DNA of 57,290 bases from Acidimicrobiia bacterium (GCA_030066715.1 JASJBC010000005.1:1-57290), one strand, 5' to 3'. Counted from the first letter of the stretch, positions 1 to 8,818 are shown. The notes: generated from the sequence alone by a model not told the origin. Translations and numbers: made by a program.

Positions 1-191
1 GTGGCCTTTGGCCCGCCGACCCTCCCAGGGGGAGGGTGAATCGCGCCGCGAGGTGAGTGGGGCCGGCGATTCTTTCTTCTCCCTGTGGGAGAAGTGCCGA
101 GCGGAGCGATGGCGATGAGGGGATGCTCGAGTTCGTATGCCCTCCCCGACGTGGCCTTCGGCCCGCCGACCCTCCCAAGGGGAGGGTGAAT
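1..191. repeat. Array of structured palindromic REP/CIR-like elements (A+, B-, A+), truncated by the window start
   Basis: 1-41 and 151-191 are identical except at 2 positions. Each has the hairpin ACCCTCCC-nnn-GGGAGGGT. Between them, 76-122 is an inverted related unit with the hairpin CTTCTCCC-tgt-GGGAGAAG (76-94). Confidence 0.85.
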
Positions 192-230
192 TCCCTCTGC
201 GTGTCACACCTGCGGTGTACACCTGGGCTC

Positions 231-626
231 ATGCCAAACCAGGACCCGGAGTTGACGAGCCACGCCCGCAGGATGCGCAAGGATCCGACGCGAGCCGAGG
301 CGATTCTGTGGTGGTTGCTGCGGGGCCGGGGTGTGGGCGTGAGGTTTCGCCGCCAGGTGCCGATCGGGACTTACGTGGCCGACTTCGCCTGTCTCTCGCA
401 TCGAGTCGTCGTGGAGATCGACGGTCCTACGCACGATGCAGACGAACGAGCTGCGTATGACCGGAGGAGGGATCGTTGGTTCCAAGCACAGGGGTGGCGC
501 GTCATCCGAGTTACCGACGATGACGTCTGGTCCAACCGTGATGATGTCCTGACCGAGATCCTCCTGGTGATCGCGGACGTGACATCAGGACCAAGCCTGG
601 ATCCTCCTCATCCGGAGGGCCCCTAG
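231..626 (+). CDS. DUF559 domain endonuclease (Vsr-like PD-(D/E)XK fold)
   Basis: ARRMRKDPTRAEAILWWLLR, FRRQVPIGTYVADF, VVEIDGPTH and DRRRDRWFQAQGWRVIR are typical DUF559 motifs. ATG at 231 chosen over the ORF-track extension that runs through the repeats. Confidence 0.9.
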   Translation: MPNQDPELTSHARRMRKDPTRAEAILWWLLRGRGVGVRFRRQVPIGTYVADFACLSHRVVVEIDGPTHDADERAAYDRRRDRWFQAQGWRVIRVTDDDVWSNRDDVLTEILLVIADVTSGPSLDPPHPEGP

Positions 627-926
627 GGGGACCCCGGGGTTGGTTCAGGGTCGAATCAGGGGCACACCCGATACACCTCGGGTCTGCGATCGCGCACAAT
701 CGTGTCATGGAGTTTCTTGTACGACTGATCGAGTGGGGCGTTGTCGCCGGGCTGGTTTCTATGCCAATCCTGCTGGCCGCGGCAGTGCTCGCCTTTGTGC
801 TGGCTTCCGGGCTTGCCGGCCAGATCATCTCGTGGTGCGAGCAACTCTCGTGGCGTCTGCAGAGCATCCCGGAGACGGCTGCCACCACGAACGAAGAGAG
901 GGCCGAGATCCCGCGGAGGGTTTCCC

Positions 927-1127
927 ATGTTGCTGTTCCTAGTGTGGCTGCTGTTGGCGATCGTCGCCTGGCCACTCGCCCTGTTGGCGATCATCTTGTA
1001 TCCGCTGGTCTGGCTGCTCAGCCTGCCGTTCCGGCTCGTCGGCATTTCGGTGCGCGGCGTGTTCGGCCTGCTGGAAGCCATCGTGAAGCTGCCGGCACGA
1101 GTGCTGAGCGGTCCCCGTCCGGCCTGA
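927..1127 (+). CDS. Small hydrophobic membrane protein (66 aa)
   Basis: GGAGGG SD at 915-920 before ATG 927. MLLFLVWLLLAIVAWPLALLAIILYPLVWLLSLPFRLVG is strongly hydrophobic. Confidence 0.75.
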   Translation: MLLFLVWLLLAIVAWPLALLAIILYPLVWLLSLPFRLVGISVRGVFGLLEAIVKLPARVLSGPRPA

Positions 1128-1169
1128 CCCCACGTCATCGTCGTTGGGGTGCCGGGTTAGGCTCCCCGC

Positions 1170-1778
1170 ATGCGCGTTCATCTGATCCGCCATTCACTCA
1201 CGCCCGAAACGGGCAAGAGATTGTCGAGCCTGGATCCCGATATCTCGCTGTCGCCACAGGGCGTGGAGATCGCGAACGAACTGGCTGGGTTCCTCTCCGG
1301 CGTCGAATTGACGGCGATATACACCAGCCCGCACCAACGATGCCGGGAGACCGCCGCGGCCATCGCCAAGGGTCGTGGGATTCGGCTCCGCACGGACAAG
1401 GCGTTCGTCGAGGCCGACTACGGCAAGTGGCTGGGGCGGCCGCTCAAGTCGCTCTATCGACTCAAAGCCTGGCAGCAACTCCACGCCAGCGCCTCGCGGT
1501 TTCGCTTTCCTGAGGGGGAGACCCTCCAGGAGGTCCAGACGCGCGCAGTTGCCGGCGTCGAGGCCCTCTCTGCCAAGCACGCCAATGAGCCCATTGCGGT
1601 GTCTAGCCACGGTGACGTGATCAAGGTCATAGTTGCCTACTACCTCGGGGTCCCTCTCGACCTGTCCAATCGTCTCGAGCCGATGCCGGCGAGCGTTTCG
1701 GTAGTCGACATTCCCCCGGTGGGGCCGGCGCGGGTTCCAGTCTTCAATGCAGTCCCCGATGCCCGGAGGTGGAGATGA
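1170..1778 (+). CDS. Histidine phosphatase / phosphoglycerate-mutase family protein (MSMEG_4193-like)
   Basis: LIRHS catalytic motif, IYTSPHQRCRETA, EADYGKW, FPEGETL and VSSHGDVIK. TAGGCT -10 element 6 nt before the ATG. Confidence 0.9.
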   Translation: MRVHLIRHSLTPETGKRLSSLDPDISLSPQGVEIANELAGFLSGVELTAIYTSPHQRCRETAAAIAKGRGIRLRTDKAFVEADYGKWLGRPLKSLYRLKAWQQLHASASRFRFPEGETLQEVQTRAVAGVEALSAKHANEPIAVSSHGDVIKVIVAYYLGVPLDLSNRLEPMPASVSVVDIPPVGPARVPVFNAVPDARRWR

Positions 1779-2254
1779 GCAAGGTCGAGCGGTTCGCCGG
1801 CGGAGCAATAGGCGAGCCCGGACAGCGCGTCTTCATGCTCGAGGTCGTCGTCGACGGAGCGGCCACCGCATACGTCATCGAGAAGCTCCAGGTGGCTGCG
1901 CTGGCCGAAGAGGCTCAACGCCTGCTGAAAGAGAGGGGATTGCTCGGCGTCGGGCTGTCCGTCGAGCCCGGTGACGTGCATGCAGAGACCCCGGTTGCCT
2001 ATCGGGTTGGAGGTCTCCAGCTGGGGTTGGCGGATGACTCTGACCTGGCTTCCCTGATCATCCACTCGACGGAAGACGCCGATCCTCCTGCCGAGTACGA
2101 GCTGACCCTTCCGCAGCTCGACGCCTTCGCCCGGGAGGCCCTCGTCGTAGTCGAGGCCGGGCGACCCGCGTGCCCGCGTTGCGGCCTGGCGATGGATCCG
2201 GATGGCCACAATTGCCCGCGCACAAACGGCGATCTGCGTGGGCATCGTCCCTGA
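1775..2254 (+). CDS. DUF3090 family protein
   Basis: GAIGEPGQRVF, EKLQVAALA and C-terminal AGRPACPRCGLAMDPDGHNCPRTNG. ATGA overlap with the upstream stop. Usual neighbour of the flanking genes. Confidence 0.88.
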   Translation: MSKVERFAGGAIGEPGQRVFMLEVVVDGAATAYVIEKLQVAALAEEAQRLLKERGLLGVGLSVEPGDVHAETPVAYRVGGLQLGLADDSDLASLIIHSTEDADPPAEYELTLPQLDAFAREALVVVEAGRPACPRCGLAMDPDGHNCPRTNGDLRGHRP

Positions 2255-2255
2255 G

Positions 2256-2933
2256 GTGACCTGGTCTCCGAAGATCGCTGAGGTCGTCGGCCGCTTCGTC
2301 GATGCTTCCAACGCAACCCTGCTCGCTCACACGGAAGACGGGGAGCGTGTGGTGTACAAGCCAACCCGGGGGGAGCGGCCCCTGTGGGACTTTGCGGTCG
2401 AGACACTTGCCGCACGTGAGGTGCTCACATACGAGTTGTCGGTTGCGCTTGGCTATGACGTCGTGCCCGAGACGATCCTCGGCGATGGCCCCTACGGCCC
2501 GGGTGCGATTCAGCGGTACGTCGACCTGGACCCCGACTTCGATCCGGTGGCCCTCGTGCAGACGGGGTCGAGCGACCTGTGGCCACTCGCGGTGCTCGAT
2601 ATCGTCAGCAACAACGCCGATCGCAAGCTCGGGCATCTGATCTCGGATGGCACGCAGCTGCTCGGTATCGACCACGGGCTGACGTTCCACCCCGACGACA
2701 AGCTCCGCACCGTGTTGTGGGGTTTCAGTGGCCAGCCGATCCCGGCGGACATGACCACGGCCCTGACGAAGTTGGATATGGCGATCGCCGGCGACTTCGG
2801 AGATCGTGTCGAAGCGTTGCTCGGTAGGGAGGAAAGAGAGGCTCTCGCCGCACGGGTTGGCGATCTGCTTGCCCACCCGGTTCATCCCGACCCCCCAACG
2901 GATCGCCCCCCGCTCCCCTGGCCCCCGTACTAG
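2256..2933 (+). CDS. SCO1664 family protein (PI3/PI4-kinase-like)
   Basis: ASNATL, VYKPTRGERPLWDF, NNADRKLGH, IDHGLTFH, KLRTVLWGF and terminal PWPPY. Start approximate (GTG 2256). Confidence 0.88.
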   Translation: MTWSPKIAEVVGRFVDASNATLLAHTEDGERVVYKPTRGERPLWDFAVETLAAREVLTYELSVALGYDVVPETILGDGPYGPGAIQRYVDLDPDFDPVALVQTGSSDLWPLAVLDIVSNNADRKLGHLISDGTQLLGIDHGLTFHPDDKLRTVLWGFSGQPIPADMTTALTKLDMAIAGDFGDRVEALLGREEREALAARVGDLLAHPVHPDPPTDRPPLPWPPY

Positions 2934-2986
2934 AGGTCACGTCAGTCCTCCGAGAAAGCTCGGTCGAGGGGGCGGAGACAGAAGCA

Positions 2987-3009
2987 GGAGTATGCCGGAG
3001 GCATACTCC
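2987..3009. terminator. Perfect 10-bp hairpin between convergent genes
   Basis: GGAGTATGCC-gga-GGCATACTCC, with a second hairpin CCGAG-aaag-CTCGG at 2950-2963. No U-tract. Confidence 0.5.
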
Positions 3010-3016
3010 AACGGCA

Positions 3017-4825
3017 TCAGCCTCCAGCTGATGCCGCCTCGACCAGCGCGATCACCGTATCGCCGGGGGCGACGTCGCGCAGCGGATCCGTGTTGTCGGT
3101 GGTGATCACCTGGACACGACCGCTTCCTTTGACCACGAACAGGATTTCGAGGACCTCGGGTGCGGCGAGCTGTGAATCGGCAACCGACGTGTCCGTCCCG
3201 AGCTTGATGCGGCGAACCTCCCCGCCCGACTCGAGGAAGTCGTGAAGCGACGGGTAGTTCCACTCGTCGCTGAAGAGTTGTCGCCCGCCGTACTCCGTTG
3301 CCGGATCGGAATCGATGCCGGTCTCCTGGCGTCGGGGTGGGAGCTGGAATGTCTCGGCGCCACCGAACGTCGGGGCGAACCGGGTGCTGGCCAGCGTGTT
3401 GACGTCGTCGTTGGGAGTGAGGGCGAGAAGCCGGCCGATGCCGGCGAGATCGAGGTCGAGATCGACATCACGGGCGAGCACATTCCCGTAGAACGCCCGC
3501 CTTCCCGCCATTCGCGCTTCGTAGTGGTCTTGGCGGTTGGTAGTCGCCAGCACGACCGCCACCCCGGCGTCGGCCAAAGCGTCGGCGACCGCCCTCTCCA
3601 CTTGACCGGCGCCGAGCACGAGGGCCCCTTCCTGGTGCTTCTCGGCCAAGCCGAGCCGTCGGGCCAGCGGGCCCATCCCAATGCCGTAGACCAGGACCGT
3701 GCCCACGATCACGGCAAACACGAGAGGTGTCAGTTCCTCGGCCCCGGCGACGCCTTCGTGCTCGAGTTCGAGGGCGAAGACGGAGGCGACTGAGGCCGCC
3801 ACGATTCCCCGTGGGGCAACACCGCCGAGGAGAACTCGCTCCCGCCAGTTCAGACGTGATCCGATAGTCGACAGCGCTACCGCGACAGGCCTGGCGATCA
3901 ACACCAGTGCCAGGATGAGGGCGATCGCGGCCGGAAGGTCAACCCGGAGTTGCTCTGTCGTGAGGCGGGCGGAAAGGATGAGGAACAGCACACCGATCAG
4001 CAGGACCCTCACGACCTCGGAGAATTGCACGATCTGCTCGGTGCGAGCCGACCGCTGATTGGCCAACACGAAGCCAAGCACGGTCGTCGCCAGCAGACCC
4101 GACTCCGCCGTGAGCAAGTCGGCGATCATGAACGCCAACATCGCAATGCTCAGTCCGAACAGGGGCTGGAGATGCTCGGGAACCCAATGGTGGCGGAGGG
4201 CCACGCTCGCCCCGTAGGCGATGGCGGCGCCGACGAGTACGCCGACGAAGGTGAACTCGACCATGCCGGCCAGAACGCCACCCGGTGTGGCGTCGCGGGC
4301 GAGGATGATCACCTCGAAGGTGATGACGGCGAGCAAAGCACCGATCGGGTCGATGATGATGCTCTCCCATTTGAGGATCGATGCAACCGATCGCGAGGGG
4401 CGAACGTGGGTGAGCAGTGGCCCGATAACCGTAGGTCCCGACACCACAAGGATCGATCCGGTCAGCACGGCCAACCCTGTGGAGAGCTCGGTGAAGTAGC
4501 CGGTGACGACTGCGCCGATGGCCCAGGTGACGAGCACTCCGACGGTCACCAGCAGCCACAGCACCCGCTGCTGACCCTCCATCTCCCGCAGCCGCAGGCT
4601 GAGACCACCTTCGAAGAGGATCAGGCCGACTGCTATCGAGACGGCCGGTGCAAGAAGGTCGCCGAGGATGTCATCGGGGTTGATGAGGCCGAGGACCGGA
4701 CCGATCAGGAACCCCGTCACGAGCAAGGGCAAGATGACGGGGACGCGGACGCGCTCGCCGAACCAGGTCACGGCGAATGCAAGCACCACAATGCCGGATA
4801 GCTGAACTATGGGATCGTCGAGCAT
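3017..4825 (-). CDS. Cation:proton antiporter (CPA1/NhaP type) with C-terminal TrkA-N-like domain
   Basis: ILFEGGL, VSGPTVIGPLL, WESIIIDPIG and APRGIVAASVA in a multi-pass hydrophobic protein, followed by a soluble GALVLGAG...LLALTPNDDVN domain. Confidence 0.92.
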   Translation of the reverse strand: MLDDPIVQLSGIVVLAFAVTWFGERVRVPVILPLLVTGFLIGPVLGLINPDDILGDLLAPAVSIAVGLILFEGGLSLRLREMEGQQRVLWLLVTVGVLVTWAIGAVVTGYFTELSTGLAVLTGSILVVSGPTVIGPLLTHVRPSRSVASILKWESIIIDPIGALLAVITFEVIILARDATPGGVLAGMVEFTFVGVLVGAAIAYGASVALRHHWVPEHLQPLFGLSIAMLAFMIADLLTAESGLLATTVLGFVLANQRSARTEQIVQFSEVVRVLLIGVLFLILSARLTTEQLRVDLPAAIALILALVLIARPVAVALSTIGSRLNWRERVLLGGVAPRGIVAASVASVFALELEHEGVAGAEELTPLVFAVIVGTVLVYGIGMGPLARRLGLAEKHQEGALVLGAGQVERAVADALADAGVAVVLATTNRQDHYEARMAGRRAFYGNVLARDVDLDLDLAGIGRLLALTPNDDVNTLASTRFAPTFGGAETFQLPPRRQETGIDSDPATEYGGRQLFSDEWNYPSLHDFLESGGEVRRIKLGTDTSVADSQLAAPEVLEILFVVKGSGRVQVITTDNTDPLRDVAPGDTVIALVEAASAGG

Positions 4826-4887
4826 TGTCCCTCAGGGCTGAATCGGGGCAGATTGTACGTGGCGAGTGCCGCTACGGCACTGTGAAT

Positions 4888-5691
4888 TCACCTGTCGAAC
4901 TCGGACCGGAGTGAGCGCGCCATCATCCGCTCATAGACCCCGGGAGCCAGCGCATTCAAGTACCTGGTCACGCGCCCCACGTTGCCGAGAACCAAGGTCG
5001 AGCGTCGTCGCTCCACCCCCCACACGATACGCTCGGCCACATCCTCAGCGCTTGCCGCATTGCCGTCGCGCGACTCAGAGAGCGAGGCGGTCTGGCCGTC
5101 GCCGCCCAGCGTGTTGCGACGCAGGTTGGTGTCGATGAACGATGGTGCGGCCAGCATGACGTCCACCTCCTTGGGCACCTCCGTGCGCAACGTGCCGAAG
5201 AACCCGTGCAGGGCATGTTTCGACGCGGCGTAACCGGTGCGACCTAGCAGCGGGGCGAAGCCTGCGGTCGAGCTGATGACGACGATCGCACCACGTCGAG
5301 CGACGATTGAGGGCAAGGCGACCTTCGTGCAATACACCGCGCCCCAGAAGTTGACGTCCATCACCCGCTCGATAACGGCGACTTCGGTCTCAGCAAAGGT
5401 GCTGCGATGCGAGATACCTGCGTTGTTGACCAGGATATCGATCGGCCCGATGCGATCCTCGGCCAGCCGGATCGCATCGGCACAGGCAGCGTAGTCCGTG
5501 ACATCGCACTCGATCGCTGTCGCCTCGCCGCGCTCCACACGATCGGCCGCGAGCACGGCTGCCGGGTAGTCGATGTCGAGCATCGCCACGTTGCATCCCG
5601 AGTAGCCGAACTCCCGACCGAGGGCGGCTCCGAGCCCACCCCCGCCACCGGTGATCACAACGTTCTTGCCCTCTAGCTTCCGTTTGGCCAT
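4888..5691 (-). CDS. SDR family oxidoreductase
   Basis: ITGGGGGLG, LVNNAGI and YAASK motifs. ATG 5691 has a TATGGT -10 element 6 nt upstream. Confidence 0.93.
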   Translation of the reverse strand: MAKRKLEGKNVVITGGGGGLGAALGREFGYSGCNVAMLDIDYPAAVLAADRVERGEATAIECDVTDYAACADAIRLAEDRIGPIDILVNNAGISHRSTFAETEVAVIERVMDVNFWGAVYCTKVALPSIVARRGAIVVISSTAGFAPLLGRTGYAASKHALHGFFGTLRTEVPKEVDVMLAAPSFIDTNLRRNTLGGDGQTASLSESRDGNAASAEDVAERIVWGVERRRSTLVLGNVGRVTRYLNALAPGVYERMMARSLRSEFDR

Positions 5692-5761
5692 CCGCGGACC
5701 ATAGTTGGCCCAAATGTGAAGCTGTATGATGTAATTTGTTACCACCCTGCGAGGAGGAATC

Positions 5762-8700
5762 TTGGGGGAGGGTGTAGCTCGAACGATTGCGATCGTTTCG
5801 ATCATCCTCACGGTGGCTTCGCTCGCTCTTGCGGTGGTCTTTGCGCGCAAGCGCACCCGGATTCGGCTGGGCTTCGACCTTGCCCGTGCCGGCGTCGGCA
5901 TCGGCGCCATTCTGGTGATGGCAGCTATCACCCAGGTCACCACTCCCACGGCGGCGATCGTGATAGCCGTTGTCGTCGGCGCGGCACTCGGGTTTGCGCA
6001 AGGCTCCGCCCTCGAGATCAGCCCCGGTGACCGAGGGTTCTACGCACAGCGGAGTCCCTGGGGCATCGCGCTGTGGGGGGTTGGGATCGTCATCATGCAA
6101 GGGGCCGGCATGGCGTCCCGTACCGGGACGGTGCGGATAGGGCAGACCATCGCCTGGTTCAGTGTCTGTCTCGGTGTCGGGCTGATGGTGGGCCGCAACG
6201 GACCGCTGGAGAACGCCAAAAAGTCGCTTGCCGGGGCAGGAGTCGCCGTGCTTGCTGCCGTTCTCGTTGCGCCGGCCTTCGTCGCTGGGGTGGCGACTCC
6301 AGCGGTGGCGGCGGACGCACCGGAGCGCAGCCACTCGGAACTATGTGACCTCGTTGTTGCGCCGCTGAGTCCCGGGCTCAACCCCGCCAGCTACGTCATG
6401 GACTCAGAGTGGTTCGATTACGAGGGGGCAACGGAGCCCATGGCGATCTGCTCGACGAAGGTCTGGTTCCTATCCGGCGGAGGCCGCATCGGGTTCTGGG
6501 TTTTTCAGTTCGCTACCAATTCCCAAGCGGAAACCCACTTCGCCTTCAACCGCGAGCAGAACCAGCGCTGGGCCGGTGACGACACCGAGGCGATCCCGCT
6601 CGATGTGGGTAAGGAGGCGTATGCGTGGCGGGCGGTCGATAGAGATGAGGTCGTCCTGATTGTCGACCCACCATATGTTCTCCAGGGCAATGCAATGGAC
6701 AATGGAGGCATTGAGGCGATTCCTGCCTACGAACAGGTTCTGGAACCGATGGCGGCGACGCTCGACAGCCTTTGGGCAGCTACCGACGAGGCACCTTCCG
6801 ATGGCGAGGACATCGACAGCGACTCCACTCCCGCCGTTGCCGATCCCGACGATTCGCCGTCGGATGCCGCGCCCGACGAACGCGTCGTCGCCCCGCCTCC
6901 GACCGGGGACGATGACGAGCCGATAGAACCGGAGGAGGCAGCAGCGCAGGCGATTGCCGGGCTCATCGCCGCAGCGGCGATCGGTGCCATCACCTGGACT
7001 GAGGCGGCGTCGGAGATTTCGCGGATCCTCGGCGGACTCGGCAGTGGCGCAATGCCACCGACGAGGACCAGAACAGTTGTTCTCTCCGGCGCCGAAGCTG
7101 AAGCCGCCATCAGCGGTGGAGCGGGCTCCAGTGTTGCGATCCCCATCGATCAGCAGTGGGACGAGCACGTGGTGCACCCGGATCATCCCCCGGTCAGAGA
7201 AGGGCGTGTGGGGTCCGTCGGCATCGTGCGCTCGGTCGGTCCCATCGCACGCGGCCCCGGCGGGACCGTCAGTGTCTCTGTTGAGGTCGATGCGTTCGAT
7301 CCAGCCATGCCGCCCATCCAGCTCGATCCAATCATCGACACTTCACCGGGGCCGGAGCCGCAGCCCGTTCCGGCACGGCCGCCGGAGGGTTGGGTACCTC
7401 CGCTCCCTGATATCAGTGAGACCTTTGAGCCGACGCCCGACCTGGATCCACTGCCCGGCCGGCCGCCGGAGGGTTGGGTACCGCCGCTTCCTGATATCAG
7501 CGAGACCTACGAGCCGACTCCGGACCTGGATCCGTTGCCGGGCCGGCCGCCGCCCCCGCTCGACGAGCCGCCACCCCCGCCCGAAGATGAGCTTCCGCCC
7601 GAACCGCCCCCGGACGGCGAGTCGCCCCCAGATGCACCCCCGGAGGACGAAGCTCCGCCGGACGATGAGCCGCAGGGCGACGAGGCGCCGGATGACGATG
7701 AGGCGCTGCCCGACGATGCCGGTCCTGATGACGATTCGGGCGAGCTTCCCGATGGACCCGCTCCTGCCGTCGTGCTCGACCCCGAAGAGATCGAGGAGTG
7801 GGTGCGCTGGGGCGTGGAAAGGAACAGGTCCCCAGAGGACATCTTGCAGGACATCGAGGGCTACAACCAGGCACGCGGTGGGACCGGCCCCGTCGAACTC
7901 CCCGAGACTCTGGTTCAGGTGGACACTCCGGCAGGGCCGGTGACGGTGACAGCGGCGGAGGCAGCCCGGTACGACGAAGCCGTCGCTGAGTTGGCACGGC
8001 TCTCGGGGGAGAGGGATGCCTTGCGCGGTGAGATCGCCGAACTCAACGAGGATGCGACGTGGTGGGGTGGTTCGGGCCGGCTTGCCGGGGAGCGTCTTCT
8101 TGCCGGGACGTCAGACATGATCACCCGGGTCAATCTGACCGAGCGGCGTGTCGACGAGATCAATGATGAGCTCGCCCGTCTCGCCCGACGACCCGACCCG
8201 ATGATCTGGGACTTCGAAAGGGCCGGTATGGCTACCCGCGAGGAAGCCTTCGAAAGCTGGGAGAACAGGCACAGCTACGGGTGGCACCACGACCAAATCC
8301 AGCAGCTCCAGGCTGAGCAGAAGGCGCTGGAGGCGCAGCTGAAGAGGGATATTCAACAATACGAAACGACCCGAGACGACAACAGGCGTCTTGAAAACGC
8401 CAGGGAGCGGCTGGCGTGGATAGAGGATGGCACGAGACCACCGGAGAGAATCGATTTCGAGACGCATTCCGACCCCGACCAGGCGTACTACGACGCGCTG
8501 GAGGACTGGCGAACCCGCGACACGTCGGGCAGATATTTCGAAGAAGCGGAGCGGCTTCGCGCCGAGGTTGCGGAGCGAGAGTCTCTCACCTATGTCTCCG
8601 ATGTCGAACCGGCCCGACCGGGCGATCACGGGACCATCTTCGACCGCCCCGCCCGGGAAATGGCGCGGATCGCAGAGGAGCAAGACAGAGCCAGGGCCGA

Positions 8701-8779
8701 GTATCGCGAGATCGATCAGCAGATAGACGCCGCACAGGAGATCATCGACGAGATCTCGAGCAGAGGTAACGGGGGATGA
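5762..8779 (+). CDS. Large modular membrane protein (N-terminal multi-TM domain, predicted extracytoplasmic domain, TM, Pro/acidic linker, coiled coil); function unknown
   Basis: 1005-aa ORF with AGGAGGA SD (5752-5758) before TTG. About 5-6 N-terminal hydrophobic segments, Pro/Asp/Glu-rich tracts and a heptad-like E/R/A/L-rich C-terminus. Confidence 0.85.
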   Translation: MGEGVARTIAIVSIILTVASLALAVVFARKRTRIRLGFDLARAGVGIGAILVMAAITQVTTPTAAIVIAVVVGAALGFAQGSALEISPGDRGFYAQRSPWGIALWGVGIVIMQGAGMASRTGTVRIGQTIAWFSVCLGVGLMVGRNGPLENAKKSLAGAGVAVLAAVLVAPAFVAGVATPAVAADAPERSHSELCDLVVAPLSPGLNPASYVMDSEWFDYEGATEPMAICSTKVWFLSGGGRIGFWVFQFATNSQAETHFAFNREQNQRWAGDDTEAIPLDVGKEAYAWRAVDRDEVVLIVDPPYVLQGNAMDNGGIEAIPAYEQVLEPMAATLDSLWAATDEAPSDGEDIDSDSTPAVADPDDSPSDAAPDERVVAPPPTGDDDEPIEPEEAAAQAIAGLIAAAAIGAITWTEAASEISRILGGLGSGAMPPTRTRTVVLSGAEAEAAISGGAGSSVAIPIDQQWDEHVVHPDHPPVREGRVGSVGIVRSVGPIARGPGGTVSVSVEVDAFDPAMPPIQLDPIIDTSPGPEPQPVPARPPEGWVPPLPDISETFEPTPDLDPLPGRPPEGWVPPLPDISETYEPTPDLDPLPGRPPPPLDEPPPPPEDELPPEPPPDGESPPDAPPEDEAPPDDEPQGDEAPDDDEALPDDAGPDDDSGELPDGPAPAVVLDPEEIEEWVRWGVERNRSPEDILQDIEGYNQARGGTGPVELPETLVQVDTPAGPVTVTAAEAARYDEAVAELARLSGERDALRGEIAELNEDATWWGGSGRLAGERLLAGTSDMITRVNLTERRVDEINDELARLARRPDPMIWDFERAGMATREEAFESWENRHSYGWHHDQIQQLQAEQKALEAQLKRDIQQYETTRDDNRRLENARERLAWIEDGTRPPERIDFETHSDPDQAYYDALEDWRTRDTSGRYFEEAERLRAEVAERESLTYVSDVEPARPGDHGTIFDRPAREMARIAEEQDRARAEYREIDQQIDAAQEIIDEISSRGNGG
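7376..7552 (+). repeat. In-frame 84-bp tandem duplication (28-aa unit)
   Basis: Units start at 7376, 7460 and, partially, 7544. They encode RPPEGWVPPLPDISET(F/Y)EPTPDLDPLPG. Confidence 0.92.
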
Positions 8780-8818
8780 TCGCCAACCTCGTTGCAGATG
8801 GCTAGTGGAAAGGGGCAA

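Noticed and set aside
1-191. CRISPR array
   Set aside because: Only two matching units 150 bp apart, with a structured inverted element in place of a short unique spacer, and no cas genes.
57-230. N-terminal extension of the DUF559 ORF
   Set aside because: It is a translation of the repeat elements. Family similarity starts at ATG 231.
5692-5949. N-terminal extension of the SDR ORF
   Set aside because: It overlaps the divergent 1005-aa gene. The Rossmann motif and a -10 element support ATG 5691.
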